The notes under the pieces: generated by a model
Told to the model about the DNA's origin: nothing
Database searches by the model: none
What the model saw: the letters and a program-made list of their open reading frames with translations, nothing else
DNA from: Gammaproteobacteria bacterium
GTDB taxonomy: Bacteria; Pseudomonadota; Gammaproteobacteria; SZUA-229
Assembly: GCA_050049835.1 (NCBI GenBank)
Contig: JASFVM010000001.1
Span: 1 to 29,113, forward strand
DNA: 29,113 bases
Direction: 5' to 3'
Program-made: the position numbers and the translations under genes
Part shown: positions 18,466 through 27,187 of the stretch, in pieces
Layout: each line of letters opens with the position of its first letter
Numbering within the stretch: position 1 is the first letter of the stretch

Positions 18466-18846
18466 ATGAAATTCAGCGAAGACAAAATCGATCAGGGTTA
18501 TTATGTCAGCGGGTACGATACAGGCGTCATTCTTGTCAATGGCGCCCCGAAAACAGCCAGCTTTGTCATCTCCCGTGAAAAATTGATCGAAGACTGGGCA
18601 CCAACCCGTATTGATGAACTACGCACCCGGCACCTGGAGCCCCTGCAGGCGATGCAGCCCGAGCTGGTACTGATTGGCACCGGTGAGACACTCAGGTTCC
18701 CGTCAGTTGAGCACTATGCCTGTCTGATAGAGCAGAATATCGGCGTCGAGATCATGGACAGTGCCGCTGCGTGCCGCACTTACAACATACTTCTGGGAGA
18801 AGGCAGGAATGTGGTGGCAGGGATAATTCTGGGGATAAGGGACTAG
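18466..18846 (+). CDS. Mth938-like (DUF498/DUF598) protein
   Basis: PELVLIGTGE.LRFP, GVEIMDSAAACRTYNILLGEGR.V. Confidence 0.92.
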   Translation: MKFSEDKIDQGYYVSGYDTGVILVNGAPKTASFVISREKLIEDWAPTRIDELRTRHLEPLQAMQPELVLIGTGETLRFPSVEHYACLIEQNIGVEIMDSAAACRTYNILLGEGRNVVAGIILGIRD

Positions 18847-18896
18847 GGTCTGTCGTATGGCGTCTGGCATCTGGAAGTTGAAGACTGATACCTGCC

Positions 18897-18934
18897 AAAA
18901 AAAAAGCCGGCCCGCAAATGCAGGCCGGCTTTAA
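18897..18934 (-). terminator. Rho-independent terminator of rpoS (possibly bidirectional)
   Basis: AAAGCCGGCC-N10-GGCCGGCTTT (18903-18932); the A9 run gives a U-tract on the minus strand about 20 nt after the rpoS stop. Confidence 0.85.
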
Positions 18935-18951
18935 TCTTGACTACCGGTAAA

Positions 18952-19992
18952 TCAGTCTTCCTGGAACAACAGCTGTTCAGTGAAGCCCTGGTTTTCCAGA
19001 ATCTTGCGTAACTGCTTCAGCGCGTCCATCTGGATCTGGCGAACACGTTCACGGGTAACACCAAGCTCACGCCCGACATCTTCCAGCGTTGTCCGTTCAT
19101 GGTTATATAATCCGAACCGGCGAACCAGTACTTCGCGCTGTTTTTCTTCCAGCTGTCCCATCCAGACTTCCAGGTTCGACATAACGTCTTCGTTCTGCAA
19201 CATTTCCGGTGGGGCCGGGATACGGTCATCAGCCACGATTTCCAGCAGCGGGCGATCATTTTCCTTGCCGACCGGCACATCGACCGAGGTAACACGGTCA
19301 CGCAGGCCCAGCATTTTTTCGACACCGGCAACAGGCTTGTTCAGCATTTTGGCGATATCTTCTGCTGTCGGCTCTCTGTCCATCTCCTGCTCCAGCTTGC
19401 GTGCTGCGCGCAGATAGACATTCAATTCCTTGATTACATGGATGGGAAGACGGATCGTACGTGTCTGGTTCATCAACGCACGTTCAATTGTCTGGCGAAT
19501 CCACCAGGTGGCATAGGTGGAGAAGCGGAAGCCTTTTTCAGGATCGAATTTTTCAACAGCCCTGATCAAACCGAGATTTCCTTCCTCAATCAGATCGAGA
19601 AGCGCAAGACCACGGTTCATATAACGACGGGAAATTTTTACCACCAGACGAAGATTGCATTCGATCATCTTCTTGCGCGCTTCCATGTCGCCCTTGAGTG
19701 CCAGGCGTGAGTAGAAAACTTCTTCTTCCGCGGTTAACAGGGGTGAGCCTTCAATCTCCCTGAGATAAAGACGTGTGGCATCCAGCTCTTTTCTGTTGAC
19801 CTTGGCATCGATATCATCGCCAGTCTTTGTGGTTGCACTGGCTTTCTTCGGAGGAAGGGTATCCTCCTCGTCATCAATATCAATATCATCGACATCGTCA
19901 AGATCGATACTGTCATCCTGCTCAAGATCACTTTGTGTCACGATGCTGAGCCCTTCAATACTCTCACCTGCGTCTGCAATGGCTTCTCTCAT
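18952..19992 (-). CDS. rpoS: RNA polymerase sigma factor RpoS
   Basis: [66 protein letters not shown]; located downstream of nlpD. Confidence 0.96.
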   Translation of the reverse strand: MREAIADAGESIEGLSIVTQSDLEQDDSIDLDDVDDIDIDDEEDTLPPKKASATTKTGDDIDAKVNRKELDATRLYLREIEGSPLLTAEEEVFYSRLALKGDMEARKKMIECNLRLVVKISRRYMNRGLALLDLIEEGNLGLIRAVEKFDPEKGFRFSTYATWWIRQTIERALMNQTRTIRLPIHVIKELNVYLRAARKLEQEMDREPTAEDIAKMLNKPVAGVEKMLGLRDRVTSVDVPVGKENDRPLLEIVADDRIPAPPEMLQNEDVMSNLEVWMGQLEEKQREVLVRRFGLYNHERTTLEDVGRELGVTRERVRQIQMDALKQLRKILENQGFTEQLLFQED

Positions 19993-20132
19993 AATTTTAC
20001 CCTCACCCGGATCACTTTTTATTATTTTTATATTTGTGTCGTCTGAAAAAGGCTTTTCAAACGTTATTTTAATATCCTTTTATTTCCATGTACTTACGGC
20101 CCCTTCCTAACTCCTTCCTTAAGTTAGAAAAA

Positions 20133-20193
20133 TTTATAGCATTAAAAGTCTTTATGAATCAAGCATTTTTTTTCATATATTTAGATTTTTTTT
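20133..20193 (-). promoter_or_regulatory. Candidate sigma70 promoter for rpoS
   Basis: Minus strand TTGATT-18 nt-TATAAA with extended TG; two A8 tracts 20 bp apart upstream (20166-20173, 20186-20193). Confidence 0.55.
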
Positions 20194-20206
20194 AGATAAA
20201 TGCACT

Positions 20207-20228
20207 AAACCACAATATGATGTGGTTT
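20207..20228. promoter_or_regulatory. Palindrome AAACCACA-N6-TGTGGTTT; candidate operator
   Basis: Perfect 8-bp arms with no U-tract; central 16-mer resembles the NrdR box. Confidence 0.4.
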
Positions 20229-20240
20229 GCGCACTGACTG

Positions 20241-21143
20241 TCAACTACTGGGCAGGTACTTGAGCGGGTTCACCGGCTTGCCGTTCTTCCTGATCTCGAA
20301 ATGTAATCGCGGTGAATCTGTACCGGTCCTGCCAAGTTCAGCAATCTTCTGCCCTGCTTTGATGGTGTCGCCTTCTTTCACCAGTAACTTGCGGTTATGT
20401 GCGTAGGCACTCAGATAGCTACGGTTATGCTTGATAATCACCAGGTTGCCATAACTGATCAAGCCGTTGCCGCTATACACCACCTTGCCTGCCGCCGCAG
20501 CCTTGATCGTCTTACCTTCATTGCCCGCAATATCAATACCTTTTCTGCCGGTCTTGTTACTCTTGAAGGTAGTAATTAACTTGCCATGAACCGGCCATTG
20601 CCAGCTGACCTTCCGGTTGTCATCCGGCAGGGATACCGTTGCCGGCTTGCGCGTGGTTGTGGTCGTCCTGGTTGTCGCCCTGGTTGTCGTTCGGGTTGTT
20701 GGCGGTGAACGGTAGGTTTTCGCGGAACTGAGCCGCAGTGTCTGCCCCGGCTTGATGGTATAGGGTGACCTGAGCCCGTTGATCGATGCCAGCTGCCAGG
20801 TCGACATGTTGTACCGTTGAGCAATGGCGTAAAGCGTATCGCCCTTCCTGACCGTTACAGAGTCAGGCCTGGGCTTTGCACTGCGTGACGATGTCGTTAC
20901 CGGTCTCGATGAAACTGCATCAGCGTCCTCAGGCTTCATCTGCAGGCGTTGACCCGGATAGATCCTGTACGGGCTCGAGAGATTGTTCCAGCGAGCGAGC
21001 TCGAACGGATCGAGTTCGTACTTCCAGGCAATAGAATAAATCGTATCACCTGATCTCACCGGGTAGTCATCAGGGTCCCACCGCTGGTTTGAACAGGCAG
21101 TCAAGGCTGTCAGGAATACGCTGGCAATCAGTCCGCGAATCAT
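20241..21143 (-). CDS. nlpD: NlpD-like lipoprotein (2 LysM + M23)
   Basis: Lipobox LTAC, two LysM repeats, WQWPV.G, GIDI, YLSAYAHN, LHFEIR. ATG 21143 overlaps the yqaA stop (ATGA). Confidence 0.93.
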   Translation of the reverse strand: MIRGLIASVFLTALTACSNQRWDPDDYPVRSGDTIYSIAWKYELDPFELARWNNLSSPYRIYPGQRLQMKPEDADAVSSRPVTTSSRSAKPRPDSVTVRKGDTLYAIAQRYNMSTWQLASINGLRSPYTIKPGQTLRLSSAKTYRSPPTTRTTTRATTRTTTTTRKPATVSLPDDNRKVSWQWPVHGKLITTFKSNKTGRKGIDIAGNEGKTIKAAAAGKVVYSGNGLISYGNLVIIKHNRSYLSAYAHNRKLLVKEGDTIKAGQKIAELGRTGTDSPRLHFEIRKNGKPVNPLKYLPSS

Positions 21144-21724
21144 GATCCCTGGTTCATTTTCACCAGAACATATGCGACCAGTACAATCACCGTCAACCAG
21201 CCAAGCCACTCGATGTACTTGCGTACAACCGGTTCAAGTTTCGGTCCAGCCCAGGCCATCGCAAACGACACCAGAAAGAAGTGCCCTGCCCTGCCAATTA
21301 ATGATGCAAACAGAAAGGGCGGTATCGCCATCGACAGAGCACCGGCCGAAATCGTGAACAGCTTGAAGGGTATGGGTGAAAAGCCGGCGACAATCACAGC
21401 CCAGAAGCCCCACCTGGCGAACCAGTCCTGAGCCGTCATGTATTTCTCCCAGTAGCCTGCCGACTCGATTACGGGTTCGATAGCTGCAATGGCATAATAA
21501 CCCAGCGCATAGCCGAACAGGCCCCCGAACACAGAAGTCACGGTTGCTATCAACGCAATGCGCAGCGCACGTTCGGGCCGCGCCACCGCCATCGGCGCCA
21601 CCATCAATGCGGTCGGCACCGGAAAAAAAATAGATTCGATGATGCTGACGCTGGCGAGATAACGCTCAGCATGGCGATGCGCTGCACAGCGCATGGTCCA
21701 CTCATACAGGCCTTTGAATATCAC
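21140..21724 (-). CDS. yqaA: YqaA / DedA-family membrane protein
   Basis: [35 protein letters not shown]; lies between pcm and nlpD. Confidence 0.88.
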   Translation of the reverse strand: MIFKGLYEWTMRCAAHRHAERYLASVSIIESIFFPVPTALMVAPMAVARPERALRIALIATVTSVFGGLFGYALGYYAIAAIEPVIESAGYWEKYMTAQDWFARWGFWAVIVAGFSPIPFKLFTISAGALSMAIPPFLFASLIGRAGHFFLVSFAMAWAGPKLEPVVRKYIEWLGWLTVIVLVAYVLVKMNQGS

Positions 21725-22386
21725 CTGACAGATCCATCCAGCAGGGGCACAAAACGCACCGCACTCAAGGTCTGCTCCTCATAGCCTGACACGGTGCGAA
21801 TAATCAGCTTGAGCGCCTGCTCGCCCGAGATGGTGCCAACCGGTATCACCATGCGGCCACCGATGCTCAATTGCTCGAGTAGTGACTCCGGCACATGGTC
21901 GGGGGCAGCTGTCACCATAATTGCCGGATATGGCGCATTTTCCGGCCAGCCCCAGGAGCCGTCACTGTGCTTGGAATATATATTTCTCAGTCTGAGTGCG
22001 CGATGACATTCACGAGCGCGCATCAACAGGCCGTTAATACGTTCAACCGTGTAAACCTTCGGCACCAGCCCGGCCAGCACGGCTGACTGGTAACCTGAGC
22101 CGGTACCGACTTCAAGCACCTTGTCGGGAACACCGTCCTCAAGAATAAGCTCGGTCATGCGTGCGACAATATAGGGTTGTGAAATCGTCTGACCCTGACC
22201 AATGGGCAGAGAACTGTCTTCATAGGCCCGGTGCGCAAGGGCTTCGTCAATAAACAGATGGCGAGCCGTAGTACGAATGACTCGCAGCACGCGTTCATTC
22301 TGAATACCTTTTGCACGCAGCCTTTCGATCAGTCGATCGCGGGTACGCTGCGAGGTCATGCCTATGCCCTGAAATTGATTGTTCAT
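21721..22386 (-). CDS. pcm: Protein-L-isoaspartate O-methyltransferase
   Basis: [44 protein letters not shown]. Confidence 0.97.
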   Translation of the reverse strand: MNNQFQGIGMTSQRTRDRLIERLRAKGIQNERVLRVIRTTARHLFIDEALAHRAYEDSSLPIGQGQTISQPYIVARMTELILEDGVPDKVLEVGTGSGYQSAVLAGLVPKVYTVERINGLLMRARECHRALRLRNIYSKHSDGSWGWPENAPYPAIMVTAAPDHVPESLLEQLSIGGRMVIPVGTISGEQALKLIIRTVSGYEEQTLSAVRFVPLLDGSVR

Positions 22387-22426
22387 ACTGCCTGTGTGTA
22401 CTGCCTGTTACCGGTTGCCGTGATAC

Positions 22427-23176
22427 TTATGATTGACCATGCAGCCAGTCGTCCAGATATTGCAGGCTATCATAACGGGTCAAATCTATTTGCAAAGGCG
22501 TTATTGAAATATAATTATGCTCAACGGCATGAAAATCAGTGCCCTCGCCCGCATCCTGTGCGGCACCCGGCGGACCGACCCAGTACATCGGGTTGCCACG
22601 CGGATCCGTTTGCCTGATAACACCCTCTGACTTGTGCCGGTTTCCCAACCGTGTCACTCTGATGCCCCTGATTTCACTCCAGGGAACATCGGGCACGTTG
22701 ACGTTCAGAATATTCCTCTGCTGCAGGGGCCCGTTGCGCAAACGATCTATTATACTCGAAATGGCCTTGACGCCCGTTTCATAATACTGCGGGTCATAAC
22801 TGGCCATGGACACCGCGACCGCCGGAAAACCGAGGAAGCGCCCTTCCATCGCTGCCGCCACTGTGCCCGAATAAAGCACGTCATCACCCATATTGGCGCC
22901 GGCATTGATACCGGACACAACCATATCCGGCTCCTCATCGAGCAAGCCGGTAACAGCGAGATGCACACAGTCCGTCGGCGTGCCATTTACAAAATAATAT
23001 CCGTTCTCCCCGATATGAACACGTAGCGGCCGCTCCAGGGTTAAAGAATTACTGGAACCACTGCGGTCACGTTCAGGAGCCACCACGGTGACTGAATCAG
23101 TTGCAGAAAGGGTTTCAGCCATCGCACCTAAACCAGGGGCGCGATAGCCATCATCATTGCTCAGCAGGATATGCAC
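22427..23176 (-). CDS. surE: 5'/3'-nucleotidase SurE
   Basis: [54 protein letters not shown]. Confidence 0.97.
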   Translation of the reverse strand: MHILLSNDDGYRAPGLGAMAETLSATDSVTVVAPERDRSGSSNSLTLERPLRVHIGENGYYFVNGTPTDCVHLAVTGLLDEEPDMVVSGINAGANMGDDVLYSGTVAAAMEGRFLGFPAVAVSMASYDPQYYETGVKAISSIIDRLRNGPLQQRNILNVNVPDVPWSEIRGIRVTRLGNRHKSEGVIRQTDPRGNPMYWVGPPGAAQDAGEGTDFHAVEHNYISITPLQIDLTRYDSLQYLDDWLHGQS

Positions 23177-23228
23177 GTTAAACTTGGACTATAAATTACA
23201 ACAGACTAATGATACAGCATCCGGACGC

Positions 23229-23774
23229 ATGAACGACGACTCAGAGCAAGATAATGAAGATGACGATGATCTGTTTCGGCAGGCAATGAAAGGCGTGGCA
23301 CCACTGAAAGTCGATAACAGAATCCGGCACAAGCCACCACTGCGAAAGCCCCCCGGGCATCACCCGGGGTGTGAGCCCGCTGAAACCAGTGAGCGCTTCA
23401 CCGCAGGCATGTATGAAGAGCAATGCCCGGAAAACCTTTATTTCGAGCGCGCCGGCGGCGCCCAGAAATCCGTCATCAGGAAATTGCGCGGGGGCAAGCT
23501 GACTGCTGATGCCATACTGGATTTACACGGTCTGACGGTCGAACAGGCCCGCCTGCAGCTGGCCGACTTCCTGCAAGAATGCCGGCAGTACGGCTACCGG
23601 CATGTCATCATCATCCACGGCAAGGGCTTCCGTTCCCAAAGCAGGCCCGTGATCAAGCCGATGGTCAACCGCTGGCTAAGACAAGCGTATGAAGTGCTGG
23701 CGTTTTGCAGTGCCCGGCCGAAAGACGGTGGCACCGGCGCGGTGTATGTGCTGCTGCGCAGATCCAGGGACTAG
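23229..23774 (+). CDS. Smr/MutS2 domain protein (SmrA-like)
   Basis: LF..AM.GV.PL, LDLHG, IIHGKG, V..WL, AF.SA...DGG.GAVYVLL. ATG 23229 avoids overlap with surE. Confidence 0.93.
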   Translation: MNDDSEQDNEDDDDLFRQAMKGVAPLKVDNRIRHKPPLRKPPGHHPGCEPAETSERFTAGMYEEQCPENLYFERAGGAQKSVIRKLRGGKLTADAILDLHGLTVEQARLQLADFLQECRQYGYRHVIIIHGKGFRSQSRPVIKPMVNRWLRQAYEVLAFCSARPKDGGTGAVYVLLRRSRD

Positions 23775-23782
23775 GAAAAACA

Positions 23783-23995
23783 TTCACCACAGAGGCACAG
23801 AGGTTTATTACTGTTTATTTCGAAGGAGCGAATGTAGTCGCGAATTAAATAGATAAGGATTTCTTGGCTTTATTTACAGTGAAATATAATGACTGAAACC
23901 GCCAGGATTGTAACCACTAGCAATTTAAGTTCGCGACTAAATCGTTCCAACAGAAAACAACAAAATACTCTGTGTCTCTGTGCCTCTGTGGTGAA
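23783..23995. repeat. Nested inverted-repeat element, copy 2 (opposite orientation to copy 1)
   Basis: Outer arms 23783-23802 / 23976-23995 (20-bp perfect); inner REP-like arms about 23825-23843 / 23931-23948; linkers identical to copy 1. Confidence 0.9.
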
Positions 23996-23998
23996 TAA

Positions 23999-25330
23999 TT
24001 AATCCTTTTTTTCCTGCGCCAACAGCCGTGCGGTCATGAAGTTCTCGGCAAGTGCATAGTAAATCGGTTTCTTGCACACCAGCTTCGAGGCTCCGGATGC
24101 AATTAACGATGTTGCCATCAGAGCGAGCACCAGATCCTGGTTGTTGGTCATCTCCATAACGATCACGAAAGCGGTGATCGGCGTCTGCACCACCCCCGAA
24201 AAATAACCCACCATGCCAAGGATGACGATAGTTGATGCCAGCTCCGGTGGAAACAGTGCGGCAAGGCCACTGCCGAGTCCAGCACCACTTGCCAGTGATG
24301 GTGCAAAAATACCACCGGGGATGCCGCTGAGGTATGAGGCAACTGTTGCCAGTATTTTATACACTGGATACATCAGCCCGGTTTCTACAGCACAATCAGC
24401 AGAACCGGTACAGGAAACAATCTGCTTCGCCTCAAGGTAACCTGTTCCAAATGCATGGCCACCGCTTAATATGCCAATGGATGCAATGATCAATCCACAG
24501 ACGCCGGCGACCAGCAAGTAGTGCTGCTGTAGCAGCGGACGCAGTTTTCTTGAGCCATGAATCAGCACATAGCTGAAGCCGCCACCCAGCAAGCCGCCAG
24601 CGATGCCGCACACAACAACGCCAAGCCATACCCAGCTGAAATCAAGATGGACCGGTGAGGTGCCGTAATAGTTGTAGTTGTCCTGATGCACATAGATTGC
24701 CATCATTCCCGCCAGGATGACTCCCAGCAGAATCATGTCGCTGTTGCGACGATCAAATGAACGCGCCATTTCTTCAATTGCAAAGATAATACCCGCAATG
24801 GGCGTATTGAAGGCAGCTGCAATCCCTGCCCCGCCGCCAGTCATGATCAAACCTCGTTCGAGGTAAGATGCTGGCAGGTGGACATATCTCCCCAGCGAAT
24901 ACATGATGGCCGCACCAAGATGCACAGTGGGTCCTTCACGGCCAATTGACGCACCGGAAAACAGTCCCATCAACGTCAGCAACACCTTGCCGATGGCAAT
25001 CCTGAACGAGAGCAGTTGCTCTGCCAGCTCCTTGCCACCGCGTCCTTCGATGGCAATCAGCGTTTGCGGAATGCCACTGCCTTCCGCGCCCGGGAAAAAC
25101 CTGCGTGTCAGCCATACAATCAACATCAGGCCGAGCGGTGTTATAGCAAAGCTGAACCATGGATTTTCACTGTATACAGCACGATAAAAGTGATCACCTT
25201 TTTCGCCAAGCAGGGCAAATATTGCAGCAACGACACCGACCAGTATGGCGCCACCCCAGAAGATCAGTCGGGTTTTCCAGATAGTTGGCTTGAACAGTCG
25301 TTGCCGGGTGAGGCGGATTTGCTGACGCAT
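23999..25330 (-). CDS. ClC-family Cl-/H+ antiporter (no CBS domains)
   Basis: GSGIP, GREGP (gating Glu), IEEM (internal Glu pair), GIFAP, C-terminal PIY. Confidence 0.93.
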   Translation of the reverse strand: MRQQIRLTRQRLFKPTIWKTRLIFWGGAILVGVVAAIFALLGEKGDHFYRAVYSENPWFSFAITPLGLMLIVWLTRRFFPGAEGSGIPQTLIAIEGRGGKELAEQLLSFRIAIGKVLLTLMGLFSGASIGREGPTVHLGAAIMYSLGRYVHLPASYLERGLIMTGGGAGIAAAFNTPIAGIIFAIEEMARSFDRRNSDMILLGVILAGMMAIYVHQDNYNYYGTSPVHLDFSWVWLGVVVCGIAGGLLGGGFSYVLIHGSRKLRPLLQQHYLLVAGVCGLIIASIGILSGGHAFGTGYLEAKQIVSCTGSADCAVETGLMYPVYKILATVASYLSGIPGGIFAPSLASGAGLGSGLAALFPPELASTIVILGMVGYFSGVVQTPITAFVIVMEMTNNQDLVLALMATSLIASGASKLVCKKPIYYALAENFMTARLLAQEKKD

Positions 25331-25408
25331 CGGGTTAAAACAGGGTTGTCCTTACTAAGACTCTGATTCTACCGGAGTTTTAACCATAATGATAAAAGTG
25401 ATTTAATC

Positions 25409-25422
25409 TTGACCTGCGTCAA
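25409..25422. promoter_or_regulatory. FNR/CRP-family-like box TTGAC-N4-GTCAA
   Basis: Perfect palindrome with FNR spacing, one symmetric change from TTGAT-N4-ATCAA; between divergent ClC and RRM genes. Confidence 0.5.
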
Positions 25423-25443
25423 CTTTTTGTTCTGTCAAAACAA

Positions 25444-25473
25444 TTGCGCGTAATCAGGATTCGGGCGTACTAT
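25444..25473 (+). promoter_or_regulatory. Candidate sigma70 promoter for the RRM gene
   Basis: TTGCGC-18 nt-TACTAT. Confidence 0.35.
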
Positions 25474-25545
25474 GTTTTTTACGGAGGGGTTCCGTAGAAA
25501 TCCGGATTTTTGCGGTATATAAATAACTTAAGTATTATTAAAACC

Positions 25546-25788
25546 ATGTTCATACAAGTTAGAAACTTGCCTTGTGGCACCACGACTGAAGATGTCTATG
25601 ATCTTTTCTGCCACATGGGAATTATCGACAGCATTCATGTCTGTGATTCAACGATACCCGAGCATGTTGTGGCATGGGTAGCATTGCACTGTTCGCAGAC
25701 CGGCGCCAATGCCATATCAGATGTACTCGATGGTAGATTCTTCAAAGGCAGGCACGTTTCAACATACGCTGCACTGTTCCTGCATTAG
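25546..25788 (+). CDS. Small RRM-fold (RNP) protein, degenerate
   Basis: RNP2-like IQVRNLP, T.ED...LF...G, A..I..LDG..FKGR.V. ATG 25546 preferred. Confidence 0.7.
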   Translation: MFIQVRNLPCGTTTEDVYDLFCHMGIIDSIHVCDSTIPEHVVAWVALHCSQTGANAISDVLDGRFFKGRHVSTYAALFLH

Positions 25789-25853
25789 TCCGCACGGGGC
25801 AATGTCATCAGGCAAGCTCTGACAGGCCGACACTTCAAGGATAGCGTACCAGG

Positions 25854-26690
25854 CTACAACTGGCAGGCAGGTTTCCTGTTTTGCGCCTGCGCCTTGCTAT
25901 AGGTGTCGAGTGCACGCGGCATTCTTTGATTCAGGTCATTGATGCGCGTCGAGCTTGAGGGGTGTGTCGATAAAAATTCGGGCGGCTGTGCGCCTGCTTT
26001 TGCCATGTTCTGCCATAATTTCACACTCTCACGCGGATCAAAACCGGATCTGGCCATCAGGTCCAGCCCGATTAAATCTGCTTCTGATTCGTGAGTCCGG
26101 CTGAACGGCAGAATGACACCGTATTGCACACCCAGCCCGAGGCCGGCGAGTATCAGCTTTTTATTGTCATCACTGGTGCTGCTGGATCCAAGCGCGACGG
26201 CAGCAATCGTGAGCCCGGCCTGTGCCGTCAGTTGTTCGGAGACTCTTTCATTACCATGCTGGGCTATAACATGCGCCAGTTCATGCCCCATAACCGTCGC
26301 CACCTGGTGCTGATTTACTGCATATTGCAACAGACCTTCGTAGACGCCGATTTTATTGCCCGGCAAGGCAAAAGCATTAGCCTGATCGTCCGCGAAAACG
26401 CGCACTTCCCATAACGCAGGCTGATTGTCCTCATCCAGTTGAGGAATAATTGCATTGGCAATACACTGGATATAAGCCGTAATTTGTGGATCTGTTGTCT
26501 CTGCAGTTTGCTGTTTGATCTGCTCGAAGCTCTGCACGCCCATGCTGTCAATCTGATCTTCCGGCAACAGCCTTAATTGCGAACGCCCCTCCGGAGAGGT
26601 GGCACACGAAGTAGTTGCCATTGCCAGCCAGGCAGCAACTGTCGCTAACAGGACCAGACGGATTTTTTCAAACTTCAGTGTGTTACTCAT
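25854..26690 (-). CDS. M48-family zinc metallopeptidase, probable lipoprotein
   Basis: Lipobox-like TTSC, ANAFALPG, HELAH (HExxH), FSR.HESEAD..G, EFLSTHP. Confidence 0.93.
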   Translation of the reverse strand: MSNTLKFEKIRLVLLATVAAWLAMATTSCATSPEGRSQLRLLPEDQIDSMGVQSFEQIKQQTAETTDPQITAYIQCIANAIIPQLDEDNQPALWEVRVFADDQANAFALPGNKIGVYEGLLQYAVNQHQVATVMGHELAHVIAQHGNERVSEQLTAQAGLTIAAVALGSSSTSDDNKKLILAGLGLGVQYGVILPFSRTHESEADLIGLDLMARSGFDPRESVKLWQNMAKAGAQPPEFLSTHPSSSTRINDLNQRMPRALDTYSKAQAQNRKPACQL

Positions 26691-26704
26691 GTTTACCGGT
26701 TCAT

Positions 26705-27187
26705 TTATAGCTGTTTGATTTTTTCGAGTATATCCTGTGCATGGCCTTCTGCATTGACACCATACATTACGTCTTCAAGCACACCCTCTTTATTGATGAT
26801 AAAGGTAGAACGCACTATGCCCATCTTCTTTTCACCGTTTTTTTCTTTCTCCTGCCAGACACCATAGCGTTCACACAATTCGCCGTCGGTATCCGCGAGC
26901 AATTTCACAGCGAGGCCGTATTTAGTGATGAACGCTTTGTGGCTGTCGCAATCATCTTTGCTGACACCGATTATGACGGTATCAAGCGCTGAGAATTCAT
27001 TTGCCAGGGCGGTGAACTGCCTGGCTTCAATGGTACAACCGGGTGTATCGTCCCTGGGATAAAAATAAAGAACGACATTTTTATCATGTCGAAAATCTTC
27101 AAGATTTATTATATTTTCACTCTGGTCCGGGGCCTCGAATCCAGGTGCTAACTGTTTTTTCTCTAACACGCTCACCTCCGCGTTCAC
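26705..27187 (-). CDS. bcp: Peroxiredoxin, BCP/PrxQ family
   Basis: LYFYPRDDTPGCT.EA, GVS.D, RSTFII. Confidence 0.92.
   Translation of the reverse strand: MNAEVSVLEKKQLAPGFEAPDQSENIINLEDFRHDKNVVLYFYPRDDTPGCTIEARQFTALANEFSALDTVIIGVSKDDCDSHKAFITKYGLAVKLLADTDGELCERYGVWQEKEKNGEKKMGIVRSTFIINKEGVLEDVMYGVNAEGHAQDILEKIKQL

Noticed and set aside
23157-23228. Longest-ORF starts for smr, nlpD, thrC, trxB, the SBP and the antiporter
   Set aside because: The extensions overlap neighbouring genes or precede the family N-terminus or signal peptide, so downstream ATGs were used.
23999-25400. ClC as a fluoride exporter with a fluoride riboswitch
   Set aside because: It has canonical GSGIP/GREGP/GIFAP/Tyr chloride-type motifs rather than the GNNLI-type CLC-F signature, and no riboswitch is recognisable upstream.
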